From positions 2,640,001 to 2,672,000 of the forward strand of contig NC_000964.3 of assembly GCF_000009045.1 (NCBI RefSeq): a stretch of 32,000 nt of DNA, written 5' to 3'. Source of the DNA: Bacillus subtilis subsp. subtilis str. 168 (GTDB lineage: Bacteria; Bacillota; Bacilli; Bacillales; Bacillaceae). The notes under the pieces were generated by a model, which saw only the letters and a program-made list of their open reading frames with translations, was not told the DNA's origin and searched no databases. A program made the translations under genes and the position numbers. Shown here in pieces: positions 8,903 to 18,005 of the stretch (positions are counted from its first letter, which is position 1; the number at the start of each line of letters is the position of its first letter).

Positions 8903-9655
8903 TTACTTTAACTTCGATTTAAGCTTGGCCTTTGTTTTTGGCCCATAAATCCCGTCTGCAGTTAATCCGTTCATGAGTTGAAAACGCTTGACGGCATTCG
9001 CTGTTTTCGGTCCGTAAACTCCATCTATGCCATTGTTTTTGGCTCCCTTATCAGGGTAAAAGTGAAGTACAGCTAAAGCCTTTTGCAGCTGGAGAATGTT
9101 TGTGCCCTTTCGATAAGGCGAAGTGAGCTTTATAACCCCAGACGGCAGAGGATATGATGGTGAAGTTTCTTTTGGAGGTGTATCCGAGGAAGAAATTCCG
9201 TTTAGAAAAGAGTTCCAGTGGTCCAAGAGTTTCCGCGGACATTCTTTCCCGGACCACTTTTTGTGGGGAACAACACGATTTAACGGAATATTGTTTTCCT
9301 TCATCAGCTTTCTGATCAGCCACTGGGCATTTGATGTTGCTTTTTCAAAATCGCCGTCAGCATTTTCACAGATTTCAATCCCGATCGATTTGCGGTTTCC
9401 TGTCCCGTTTGTACCGTCTCCCGCATGCCAGCCGTTTTCATCTATCGGGAGATGCTGATAAATGACTGAATCGTCAACTGTAAAATGCCAGCTTTCGGAT
9501 GTGTTCGGGTTTTTCACAAACTTGGCGTGCATTTTCGCATCAGCGCCTTTGGCTGTATTCGCTGTATTATGCACCGTAATATAAGCAGGCGCCATCGCAT
9601 AGCCAGGACGATTATCATTTGATACCGGTATAAAATCCTTTTTTATGGTTACCAT
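8903..9655 (-). CDS. cwlH: N-acetylmuramoyl-L-alanine amidase (sporulation, mother-cell lysis)
   Basis: 250-aa ORF. Amidase_2 core reads ITVHNTAN...WHAGDGTNGTGNRKSIGIEIC. The C-terminal peptidoglycan-binding repeat reads DGVYGPKTANAVKRFQLMNGLTADGIYGPKT. Clear paralogue of cwlA at 24573-25391. Confidence 0.92.
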   Translation of the reverse strand: MVTIKKDFIPVSNDNRPGYAMAPAYITVHNTANTAKGADAKMHAKFVKNPNTSESWHFTVDDSVIYQHLPIDENGWHAGDGTNGTGNRKSIGIEICENADGDFEKATSNAQWLIRKLMKENNIPLNRVVPHKKWSGKECPRKLLDHWNSFLNGISSSDTPPKETSPSYPLPSGVIKLTSPYRKGTNILQLQKALAVLHFYPDKGAKNNGIDGVYGPKTANAVKRFQLMNGLTADGIYGPKTKAKLKSKLK

Positions 9656-9841
9656 TTCTATCCCTCCCTATTAATAAGAATGCAGAAAACAGAGAGATGG
9701 ACAGCCTTTTTTATGAGGTAAAAAAGAATTGTGTTCTTAACCTGGTTTTCAGTTGAACAGCTGAAATGGCACCAGTTATACTAATTTAGATGACGGAGGT
9801 TTTGACTCCTGACATCACCTAAGTTGGGAGTGACCATAGAC

Positions 9842-10468
9842 ATGTTAAAAAAAGTAATAGGTATACTTGTGATTATCGCTATCATTTCAGTTGGTTTTTT
9901 TCAGAAAGAAGCTTGGCTTGATGCAATCAAAGCAGGAGGGATGTTTTCCGTTTTATTTAGTATGCTGCTGATTGCTGCCGATGTTTTTTTCCCAATAGTG
10001 CCGTTTGCTTTGATTGCTGCTTTAAATGGCGCAGTGTTCGGGACTGCAAATGGAATTTGGATTACACTGACCGGCTCAATGCTTGGTACAATATTGCTGT
10101 TTTTTCTCGCCAGGTACAGTTTTAGAGATTGGGCCAGAAAAAAAGTTCAGGCCTATCCTGCCATACAAAGCTACGAGGCTTCCTTCAACAAAAACGCTTT
10201 TACCGCTGTTTTATTAGGAAGGCTGATACCTGTCATACCTTCACTTGTAATGAACGTGATCTGCGGGCTGAGCCAGGTTCGCTGGCATGTTTTTTTCTTT
10301 GCGTCTTTAATAGGGAAAATCCCCAATATTGTTGTTGTCACTATTGCAGGTGCCAATTTCACCAGCAATAAATTATTGTCTATCAGCATTTACGGTACAT
10401 ATATTCTGATCATCATGCTGGTCATTTATAAAAAGTTCCCTCATCTTCTGAAGGTGCCAAAAAAATAA
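9842..10468 (+). CDS. yqeD: TVP38/TMEM64 (DedA-related) family membrane protein
   Basis: The track ORF starts at 9824. ATG 9842 gives MLKKVIGILVIIAI..., a polytopic hydrophobic protein. Confidence 0.75.
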   Translation: MLKKVIGILVIIAIISVGFFQKEAWLDAIKAGGMFSVLFSMLLIAADVFFPIVPFALIAALNGAVFGTANGIWITLTGSMLGTILLFFLARYSFRDWARKKVQAYPAIQSYEASFNKNAFTAVLLGRLIPVIPSLVMNVICGLSQVRWHVFFFASLIGKIPNIVVVTIAGANFTSNKLLSISIYGTYILIIMLVIYKKFPHLLKVPKK

Positions 10469-10486
10469 GGAGGCTTGTTGGCCCCC

Positions 10487-11380
10487 TTACTTTTTTTCTG
10501 TCGCATGGCCTCCAAATTCATTTCGAAGCGCAGCAACCACCTTTCCTGTAAACGTATCGTCTGTTAAAGAACGGTATCTCATCATTAGTGACATGGCGAT
10601 GACCGGCGTTGCCGTCTGCAGATCAAGCGCGGTTTCCACCGTCCATTTTCCTTCACCTGAGGAATGCATAATGCCCTTGATCTGATCCAGTTTCGCATCC
10701 TTAGCGAAAGCTCGCTCAGTCAGTCCCATAAGCCAAGAACGAATGACAGAACCATGATTCCACACTCTGGCAACCTTCTCGTAGTCAAAATCAAATTGGC
10801 TGTTTTCAAGCACTTCGAATCCTTCACCAATCGCGGCCATCATTCCATACTCAATTCCATTATGGATCATTTTTAAAAAATGTCCGCTTCCCGCTTCACC
10901 AGCGTATAGATAACCATTTTCGACGGCAGTATCACGAAAAAGCGGTTCCACAATCTCCCATGCTTCATGATCGCCCCCCACCATAAAACAGGCTCCATGC
11001 CGTGCGCCTTCCATTCCGCCCGACGTTCCGGCATCGAGATAATGGATACCCGCTTCTTTCATTTGATTGTAGCGGCGAATTGATTCTTTATAATGAGAGT
11101 TTCCAGCTTCGATAATCATATCGCCTTTACTTAATAAAGGTGATACATCACGCAAAACAGCATCGACAATGCCATGCGGTACCATAACCCATAGGATGCG
11201 CGGCGGGTGTAATAAAGAAATGAACTCTTTAAGATTTGTTGTCCCCTCAGCCCCGTATGCTTTCAGTTCATCAACAGCCGCTTGATTTACATCATATCCA
11301 ACCACTTGATGATTGCGGTCAATGAATTGCTTTCCTATGTTTATGCCCATTTTCCCTAAGCCGATTAATCCGATTTTCAT
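10487..11380 (-). CDS. yqeC: 6-phosphogluconate dehydrogenase (decarboxylating)-like, short GndA-like form
   Basis: 297-aa ORF with Rossmann start MKIGLIGLGKMGINIG and Gnd-like motifs (GNSHYK, GTSGG, HNGIEYG). Confidence 0.85.
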   Translation of the reverse strand: MKIGLIGLGKMGINIGKQFIDRNHQVVGYDVNQAAVDELKAYGAEGTTNLKEFISLLHPPRILWVMVPHGIVDAVLRDVSPLLSKGDMIIEAGNSHYKESIRRYNQMKEAGIHYLDAGTSGGMEGARHGACFMVGGDHEAWEIVEPLFRDTAVENGYLYAGEAGSGHFLKMIHNGIEYGMMAAIGEGFEVLENSQFDFDYEKVARVWNHGSVIRSWLMGLTERAFAKDAKLDQIKGIMHSSGEGKWTVETALDLQTATPVIAMSLMMRYRSLTDDTFTGKVVAALRNEFGGHATEKK

Positions 11381-11631
11381 ATCTGTTCCTCCTGATTGTC
11401 TAAAAAGCCTTTACTCTTTATGTTCCCTATGGATTGTATTGTGATACGCAGAAAACAAATGGGGCTTACATCGTCTGCGCATGTAAATTTTATTTTTCAT
11501 GACCGACGGCGCCTGCCAGTTCTATTACTGAATCTCTTTATATCCATAATTATCGCTTTATCCTTGATTTACCATCAGTTTAAGTTAAAATATGGGAAGG
11601 AATTCGATTTTTTCAGTAAAAAGAAGGTGAC

Positions 11632-12354
11632 ATGTTGCAGAATCAATCTCATACTCTTATTGGAGTTACGAAAACCGCTGTATTCTTTTTATACGCTGCA
11701 CTTGCAATCATCGGTTTTGCAATCGGGTATTTTATTCCGCAGATTGCGAAATGGGCATTATCCCTCCCCTGGATCCCTCTTGAAGGACCACTTCGGCTCA
11801 TTACCTCTTTTCAGGGATCTACAGCTTCATTTATCACTGCTCTTCTCGGTATGTGTGCGGGGATTTGGTTCGCTCATTCTGTTATTGCAATGCTGCTGTC
11901 TGTCAAAATTACAGATCACACAGTGGAATTCATCAAAGGAAAAAAAGTGCAAACAATTCATTCCGATGACATCGCTCTTGTATTTATGGATCACAAACGG
12001 CTTGTCCTCCTGGGAACAGCCGGATATGAATTGGTACGGGAAGAAATTGATGAAAAACCAGTAAACGTTGAGAAGGCCTTTAGACAGCATCATTACGAAT
12101 GGGCAACAGATGGTGATCCGTTTAAAGATCAATTTCGCCGATGGATTCCTGATGCACCAGACCTATCGCAAGGCGCCCATGCCTTATTAAAAGCTCGTCA
12201 CAAAGCACTGCAGGACGAAGAAAAAGACGATATTGAAGAATTCCGTCTCGAACTGGCACAGCTGGGCATCGTTGTACGGGACGAAGGCACACGCCAATAT
12301 TGGCGAAAAGCAGAAACCTATCCCCCGAAAATTCAGCTCGGCGAAGGATTGTAA
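11632..12354 (+). CDS. yqeB: Membrane protein of unknown function
   Basis: 240-aa ORF with two N-terminal TM helices followed by a charged soluble domain. It is preferred over the overlapping 11396-12064 ORF. Confidence 0.75.
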   Translation: MLQNQSHTLIGVTKTAVFFLYAALAIIGFAIGYFIPQIAKWALSLPWIPLEGPLRLITSFQGSTASFITALLGMCAGIWFAHSVIAMLLSVKITDHTVEFIKGKKVQTIHSDDIALVFMDHKRLVLLGTAGYELVREEIDEKPVNVEKAFRQHHYEWATDGDPFKDQFRRWIPDAPDLSQGAHALLKARHKALQDEEKDDIEEFRLELAQLGIVVRDEGTRQYWRKAETYPPKIQLGEGL

Positions 12355-12358
12355 CAAC

Positions 12359-12385
12359 AGAGGCTCAAGAAAGAGCCTCTTCTTT
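12359..12385. terminator. Bidirectional terminator between yqeB and nucB
   Basis: Perfect 8-bp stem AGAGGCTC (12359-12366) / GAGCCTCT (12373-12380), loop AAGAAA, T-rich tail. Confidence 0.75.
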
Positions 12386-12386
12386 A

Positions 12387-12797
12387 CTACTGCACAATAA
12401 ACAGCACTCTGGTACCGTCAGGATAGCTGCTCATTTGATTCCCTACCCACGAGCCGGCGCCGCGATTATCAGAAGGCGTCACATATCGGACATCAGCCCC
12501 TGCACCGCCTTCCTCGCAGACCGCCATCGGCCACTCATCCCGGTCATAGCCCGGCTTGGTCGGGATTCCCTTTAAAGATTCCTCCCGCCTTTTGTCTGCT
12601 CCATCTCTGTCAATGGTACAAATATCTGGATGTCCCTCTGCAATCGCATCCCTAATATGACTGCCGGTTTCCGGATAACGAGACAGCGGAAAATATAACA
12701 CTTTGTCATACGAAGATGCGCCTTGGATCTGTTGCGGAACCATTAAACAAAGAAGAACTGCTGCAGCAAGAAACAGGCCTGCCATCCATTTTTTCAT
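12387..12797 (-). CDS. nucB: Secreted sporulation-specific nuclease NucB
   Basis: ATG 12797 gives [27 protein letters not shown] (signal peptide). The mature part contains ...[14 protein letters not shown]... Confidence 0.9.
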
Positions 12798-12943
12798 CCC
12801 CATCCCCCCATACCTTTGTTCATTTCAATGTATGGGCGCTTGATGAAGAATATTTTTAACATTTGAAGTTAGTATGCTGCTTACCAAAGCCGGACTCCCC
12901 CGCGAGAAATTTCCCGGTACAGACACAGACAGCCTCCCGGTCA

Positions 12944-12951
12944 CATACATT
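12944..12951 (+). promoter_or_regulatory. Candidate mother-cell sigma (E/K-type) -10 element of sigK
   Basis: CATACATT lies ~42 nt upstream of ATG 12993 and matches the CATACA-T type -10 of SigE/SigK promoters. No -35 element was assigned. Confidence 0.4.
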
Positions 12952-12992
12952 TACATATAGGCTTTTGCCTACATACTTTTGTGGAGGTGACG

Positions 12993-13337
12993 ATGGTGAC
13001 AGGTGTTTTCGCAGCGCTCGGCTTTGTTGTTAAAGAGCTTGTCTTTTTAGTATCTTACGTGAAAAACAATGCCTTTCCACAACCGCTCTCAAGCAGCGAA
13101 GAAAAAAAATACTTAGAGCTCATGGCTAAAGGGGATGAACATGCCAGAAACATGCTGATTGAGCATAATCTTCGCTTGGTCGCCCATATTGTGAAAAAGT
13201 TCGAAAATACAGGTGAGGATGCAGAGGACTTAATCTCCATCGGAACGATCGGGCTTATTAAAGGAATTGAAAGCTATTCCGCTGGAAAAGGGACAAAGCT
13301 GGCGACGTATGCAGCGAGGTGTATTGAAAATGAGATT
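12993..13337 (+). CDS. sigK: 5' segment of split sigK (spoIVCB): pro-sequence plus sigma regions 1.2-2.4
   Basis: SD GGAGGTGA then ATG 12993. Reads [32 protein letters not shown]...[13 protein letters not shown]...[17 protein letters not shown]...[14 protein letters not shown]. After 13337 the frame continues as non-sigma sequence to a stop at 13463. Confidence 0.93.
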
Positions 13338-13347
13338 GTAATTACAA
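13336..13347. repeat. Perfect 12-bp palindrome at the sigK/skin junction (candidate recombinase site core)
   Basis: TTGTAATTACAA is its own reverse complement. It begins 2 nt before the point where sigma homology ends. Confidence 0.5.
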
Positions 13348-13370
13348 AAGGGGGGTGCATACACCCCTCT
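13346..13370 (-). terminator. Intrinsic terminator of spoIVCA
   Basis: The minus strand reads AGAGGGGTGTATGCACCCCCCTTTT directly after the spoIVCA stop (13371-13373). Confidence 0.75.
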
Positions 13371-14873
13371 TTAATACGTTTCAATATATATGGTGTCAGA
13401 ATCCACAATGGTAACTTCTTTCACGATAAAGTTAACAATTGTTTTTTTATCTTCAAGAGTTAAGTTATCTGCACCGATTGATTGAAAATAGTCGATGGCT
13501 CTTTTTAGAGCATTTTCACTTGAGCTCGTATCATCTAGGACTTTCATTTTTGACTGGATTTCGTTACACTTTTCAGTAAGCTGATTTTGCTTTTTTTGCA
13601 GTTCAATAATTTGTGCTTTGATTTCATCTATGTCTAAATCATCGTCATCGCTTAGGCTGATTAGCGTTAAAAGACGCTTGCGGCCTTTTTTTGTTTTCTC
13701 TATCTCTTTTTCAATAAGTTCTAATTCATCAGACAGGTGATTTGATTGTTCAGCCTCTTTAAAAGAAACATACTTTTGAGGATTTGTGATGAATTTAAAA
13801 ATTTCACCCCATACATGCCGGTTCAATTTATTCTCAGACATTTCTTTTCCGCAGCCGCGGTCCTTTGCGCCAGAATAATTTTTCCGGCAAGTATATACAT
13901 AGTAGTCTTTACCATGTGATTTTCTTTTCTTCCCTGTCATGGTATTTCCGCATTTTCCGCATCTAACCAAACCCGATAACAAGTAATTGTGAGGGCTGAT
14001 ACTCAAGTGTTTTCTTTTACTTTGACCTAAGAGTTCTTGAGCATAATCCCATTGTTCAGCTGGAACAATTGCTGGAATTGTCACAGTGATTTGTTCTTCT
14101 TCAGGCCTTATTTTAATTATAGATTTGTTCCCTGCCTGCTTTGAAACATAGGAACCCTCTGTATCATATTTATACTGTCTATGTTCACCCTTATAGGAAG
14201 AGTTCATTAATATTTGCCGAACAACCTGCCTGTGCCATACTTTGGCGCCTTTTTTTGTTTTAACCCCCATCTGAGTTAAATGTAGAGCAATACCATTTAC
14301 TCTGCCGAAAAAAGGGCTTTTATGATCGGTGAAATAGTTAAAAATCATCCGAATGATTTTTGCTTCCTCTTCTAATATCTCAAGAGTTCTTTTCTCTTTA
14401 ACAAATTTATAGCCATATAGTTTAGAATCTTTAATGATCATGCCTTTTTTCATTTTTTGAAGTCGGCCGCTTGATGTCCGTTCTTTGATTTTGGCTTTTT
14501 CAAATTCTGAGATTGCCCCGCGCATTGCGAAAAACAATTGACCTTCTGGAGAATTGGCGTATTCACCATTTACAAAAATCAAAGGTATGTTTCGCTTTCG
14601 CAATTCGTCATCAATGATTAGCTGATTCATTAATTTCCGAGAAAGACGGTCAGGATCGTAACAAATGACTTGACTTATAAGTCCCTTGCTTGCATCCTCC
14701 CTCAAGCGATTCAAAGCCGGACGTTCTAAAAGCTCTCCTGAAAATCCTTCATCTGCATACTTCAGCACATCTTTAGTCCCTGCTTTCTTTATACAGGCCT
14801 CGATTTGGCTGTCGATGCTCGATCCCTTGATCGCTTGTTCCTCGGTCGATACCCTTACATATATTGCTATCAC
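13371..14873 (-). CDS. spoIVCA: Large serine recombinase (skin excisionase/integrase)
   Basis: 500 aa. GTG 14873 is preceded by GGAAGGAGA. The N-terminal resolvase domain reads [11 protein letters not shown] (catalytic Ser). It also has a central recombinase domain, a Zn-ribbon (CGKCGNTM...YYVYTCRK) and a coiled-coil tail. Confidence 0.95.
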   Translation of the reverse strand: MIAIYVRVSTEEQAIKGSSIDSQIEACIKKAGTKDVLKYADEGFSGELLERPALNRLREDASKGLISQVICYDPDRLSRKLMNQLIIDDELRKRNIPLIFVNGEYANSPEGQLFFAMRGAISEFEKAKIKERTSSGRLQKMKKGMIIKDSKLYGYKFVKEKRTLEILEEEAKIIRMIFNYFTDHKSPFFGRVNGIALHLTQMGVKTKKGAKVWHRQVVRQILMNSSYKGEHRQYKYDTEGSYVSKQAGNKSIIKIRPEEEQITVTIPAIVPAEQWDYAQELLGQSKRKHLSISPHNYLLSGLVRCGKCGNTMTGKKRKSHGKDYYVYTCRKNYSGAKDRGCGKEMSENKLNRHVWGEIFKFITNPQKYVSFKEAEQSNHLSDELELIEKEIEKTKKGRKRLLTLISLSDDDDLDIDEIKAQIIELQKKQNQLTEKCNEIQSKMKVLDDTSSSENALKRAIDYFQSIGADNLTLEDKKTIVNFIVKEVTIVDSDTIYIETY

Positions 14874-15273
14874 CCTGAATCTCCTTCCTATAAAGTTTTA
14901 TTAAATAATGATAGCAATCGTTAATGCATTTGTCAGCTTGCGGTCCCTCGATGATTATCACTTTCATAAAATGCATCACCCCTTGGGTAATGCTATGTAA
15001 CAGCTGTTTGTCCAAATGAGGAGATTTTAAATTAAACTATAGTGTTATTAAACGTTTCAATGAATATGCAAAAAATTTAAAAAAAGTTGTTGTGACTTTT
15101 CTACACTCCTTTAGGTCCTCAATAGAAAAGATTTTATTTTCTATGCCTCAACATTCGCTTATTATAGTTTTCAATGATTTATTATTATTTGAGAGTACAA
15201 TGGAGTAGTGTTTTTCATTGTTAGATAGTTAATGACATTTCACTGGTGTCAAGTTCGTATAGCTAGACATTAA

Positions 15274-15306
15274 TAAAAAAAGGACACATATAAATATGCA
15301 TCCTTT
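15274..15306 (-). terminator. Intrinsic terminator of the ars operon
   Basis: The minus RNA reads AAGGAUGCAU-AUUUAU-AUGUGUCCUU (10 bp including 2 G-U pairs) followed by UUUUUUU. It lies 16 nt after the arsC stop. Confidence 0.7.
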
Positions 15307-15321
15307 AACAAAAGAGTTTAT

Positions 15322-15741
15322 TTATTTCCCTGTTTCAGCAAATTCCTTCAACCTATTCCCTATTTCATCACGAACTCTTTGGAAAAACGCCCATTTTTCT
15401 TCTTCTGTCCCTTGTGCTCTTGCCGGATCATCAAAACCCCAATGCTCACGTTTTACATGTGGAGGCGTCATCGGGCATTTATCAGCAGCATCTCCACAAA
15501 GCGTAACAACTAAATCAGCATTGTTCAGAATATCAGAATCGATTATATCTGACGTTTGATTAGAGATATCTATACCAACTTCCTTCATCGCTTTAACAGC
15601 ATTCGGATTTAATCCATGTGCTTCTATCCCCGCGCTATACACTTTCCACTCATCACCTAAATATTGTTTAGCCCATCCTTCAGCCATTTGGCTCCGGCAA
15701 GAGTTCCCTGTACATAAAAAGTAAATGATTTTATTCTCCAT
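15322..15741 (-). CDS. arsC: Arsenate reductase, thioredoxin-coupled LMW-PTPase type
   Basis: ATG 15741 is preceded by GAGGTGG and gives 139 aa. Reads [23 protein letters not shown] (CX5R P-loop) plus the downstream Cys pair ...[11 protein letters not shown]. Confidence 0.93.
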   Translation of the reverse strand: MENKIIYFLCTGNSCRSQMAEGWAKQYLGDEWKVYSAGIEAHGLNPNAVKAMKEVGIDISNQTSDIIDSDILNNADLVVTLCGDAADKCPMTPPHVKREHWGFDDPARAQGTEEEKWAFFQRVRDEIGNRLKEFAETGK

Positions 15742-15752
15742 ATATTCCACCT

Positions 15753-16793
15753 CTACATCGAGTGACTTCCAAAGTATTTTCGTTGAAACCATAAAGCAAC
15801 CTTAACAAGTGCTATCATGACTGGCACTTCTACAAGCGGACCAATTACGGCGGCAAATGCTGCACCCGAATGAATTCCAAATACACCAACAGCTACAGCA
15901 ATCGCTAATTCAAAGTTATTGCTTCCTGCTGTAAAAGCTAAAGTAGTAGTTACAGCATAGTTTGCCCCGATTTTCTTCCCTAAAAAGAAGGAAACAAAGA
16001 ACATTAAAACAAAGTAAATCAATAATGGAATCGCAACTCGGACAACATCTAACGGCAAGCTAACAATTACATCACCTTTTAAGGAAAACATGACGATAAT
16101 TGTAAATAGCAAAGCAATTAACGTAATTGGACTAATCTTAGGAATGAACACTTTTTCATACCATTCTTTGCCCTTCACTTTTACAAAAATATAACGTGTC
16201 ACCATTCCTGCAATAAAAGGAACTCCAAGGTAAATGAATACTGATTTTGCGACTTCTGCCATCGTAATATTCACTACTGCTCCTTCCATCCCTAACCATT
16301 GCGGAATAACTGTTACAAAAATGTAAGCATAAACTGAGAAAAAAAGCATTTGGAAAATTGAGTTGAAAGCAACTAATCCTGCCGCGTATTCCGTATCACC
16401 TTTTGATAAGTCATTCCAAACAATAACCATCGCAATACAGCGAGCTAATCCAATCATAATAAGCCCAATCATATACTCCGGTTTATCTGGCAAAAAGATG
16501 ATAGCCAAAATAAACATGAGAGTCGGTCCGATGATCCAGTTTTGCACTAAAGATAAAATTAACACTTTAATATCTTTAAATACCCGTCCAATTTCTTCAT
16601 ATCGAACCTTTGCTAGTGGTGGATACATCATTAATACTAATCCAATAGCTAAAGGGATAGATGTAGTTCCTACTTGTAATTTGTTTAATCCACCAACAAA
16701 ACTCGGAAATATAAAACCTAATCCTATCCCCAATGCCATCGCAAGAAAAATCCAGATGGTTAAATAACGGTCTAAAAAAGATAAACGTTTCAT
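15753..16793 (-). CDS. arsB: Arsenite efflux permease, ACR3 family
   Basis: ATG 16793 is preceded by AAGGTGAGG and gives 346 aa starting [20 protein letters not shown]. It is a polytopic membrane protein with the ACR3-type motif GLARCIAMV. Confidence 0.9.
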
Positions 16794-16815
16794 TACTTTA
16801 TCCTCACCTTTTTTA

Positions 16816-17256
16816 CTAACAGCAAGAGTTCGTTGTAATATCACTTGGCGGTGTTACACAACAAGAGGAGGAATCTTGTTTTTGAACCTCGCTGTTCGAT
16901 TTGGTATAGAAAAATTCCCACTCGTTCCCATCTGGATCAGTAATCCAAAATTTATCTTGGACTGCATAACAACAAGTCGTATCCATTTCTTCACGTGCAA
17001 AAAACCCTTCTTTTTCAAGCCTTTTCTTGTGTTTCAAAACTTCTTCCAAACTATCTACTTGGAATCCAAAATGATTCACTTGATTTCCCTTCACCTCATC
17101 TGCGACATTTAAAGTGAAATTCAGTCCAGGAGTCTCTAATAGAAACTTTGCATAGTCTGTTTTTACTTTTACAGCCTTTACTCCAAAAACTTTTTCATAA
17201 AAATTGATCGATTTCTCTAAACTGACAACGTTAACCCCTACATGAACATATTTCAT
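16816..17256 (-). CDS. yqcK: Glyoxalase/VOC-fold protein, ArsI-like (candidate C-As lyase)
   Basis: 146 aa. VOC fold with His5, His62, Glu114 and vicinal Cys95-Cys96 ([25 protein letters not shown]). The tail carries two further CC pairs. Confidence 0.85.
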
Positions 17257-17279
17257 TTTAATTCCCCCTCTTATATATT

Positions 17280-17297
17280 AATCAAAAAAATTTGATA
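17280..17297. promoter_or_regulatory. Third copy of the ars palindrome, abutting a candidate internal promoter
   Basis: AATCAA-N6-TTGATA. On the minus strand it directly follows TATTAT (17297-17302), with TTGCTG (17321-17326) 18 nt upstream. Confidence 0.45.
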
Positions 17298-17316
17298 TAA
17301 TACCTAAAAAATTTTT

Positions 17317-17634
17317 TTAGCAGCAATCTCCTTCACCTTTTTTTCTAAATATACAACAAAGCTCTTCTGATAATAAACCATTTACTTCCTCATCATTTAG
17401 ATCATAATAACTCCATGTTCCCTTTGTCTCTTTCGTTATTAAGTTGGCATCCAATAAAATTTTTAGATGATAAGAAAGTTTAGATTGCGTCACCTCAAAA
17501 ATCTCAGTCAGATCACAAACACAGGTTTTTCCCCTTTGACAAAGTTCATACATGATCTCTAATCGTTTCTGATCAGCAAGAGCCTTAAATTTTTGTTCAT
17601 ATTTCCGTAGCAGTTCTGATTTCGTCTCATCCAT
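17317..17634 (-). CDS. arsR: ArsR/SmtB-family arsenite-responsive repressor
   Basis: 105 aa with a winged-HTH fold and the metalloid site ELCQRGKTCVCDL. The C-terminus ends ...LCCIFRKKGEGDCC. Confidence 0.92.
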   Translation of the reverse strand: MDETKSELLRKYEQKFKALADQKRLEIMYELCQRGKTCVCDLTEIFEVTQSKLSYHLKILLDANLITKETKGTWSYYDLNDEEVNGLLSEELCCIFRKKGEGDCC

Positions 17635-17651
17635 TCATATCGCCTTCTTTA

Positions 17652-17728
17652 ATCAATTTTTTTTGATGTATTTATTATACTCATGATTTTTAAATTAATG
17701 CAAGCAAATAAATCAATTTATTTTGATT
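17652..17728 (-). promoter_or_regulatory. ars promoter flanked by two palindromic operators
   Basis: On the minus strand: TTGCAT (17698-17703), an 18-nt spacer, then TATAAT (17674-17679). ATCAA-N6-TTGAT at 17652-17667 lies between the -10 and the SD. AATCAA-N6-TTGATT at 17711-17728 lies just upstream of the -35. Confidence 0.6.
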
Positions 17729-17944
17729 AATTGTAAAACCCGCTAAAAGCTTGTGTAACCAGATAGAGGTTTTCCATTTTTATTATTTCCTCCATCGCTA
17801 CTTTGCTACTACAGCAACGGAGATCATAAACGCTAATTTCTAATTTCAAGAAAAAAACATTAAATAATTTTTGTGAATATGTAGAATCGATAATAATTCG
17901 AGATAATACGTATTTAGTCAGAGCACACAGATTTATCATCAATT

Positions 17945-17998
17945 AAAACCTTATGTGAAGATATAAGCCATTCAATCCATCCTTCCACATAAGGTTTT
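17945..17998 (-). terminator. Long hairpin downstream of yqcI (probable terminator)
   Basis: AAAACCTTATGTGAAG (17945-17960) pairs with CTTCCACATAAGGTTTT (17982-17998), with a one-base bulge. It begins 8 nt after the yqcI stop. Confidence 0.6.
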
Positions 17999-18005
17999 AA
18001 ACAAT

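Noticed and set aside
11396-12064. 222-aa plus-strand ORF overlapping the yqeB 5' half
   Set aside because: Its translation is Leu/Ser/Ile-rich and low in complexity, and it has no SD. The yqeB frame (11632-12354) gives clean TM helices and a soluble domain.
13338-13463. C-terminal 42 codons of the 160-aa track ORF for spoIVCB
   Set aside because: This is not sigma-factor sequence. It is read-through into element DNA, antisense to spoIVCA. It is kept only as an observation.
14773-15015. 80-aa minus-strand ORF overlapping the spoIVCA start
   Set aside because: It overlaps the recombinase N-terminus in another frame and has no SD. The region is better explained as the spoIVCA promoter and leader.
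16363-16767. 134-aa plus-strand ORF
   Set aside because: It is antisense within the ACR3 permease gene, in the mirror frame of a hydrophobic protein.
17727-17942. 71-aa minus-strand ORF between arsR and yqcI
   Set aside because: It lies in a very AT-rich intergenic region, has no SD, and overlaps an ars operator. Its translation has no recognisable features.
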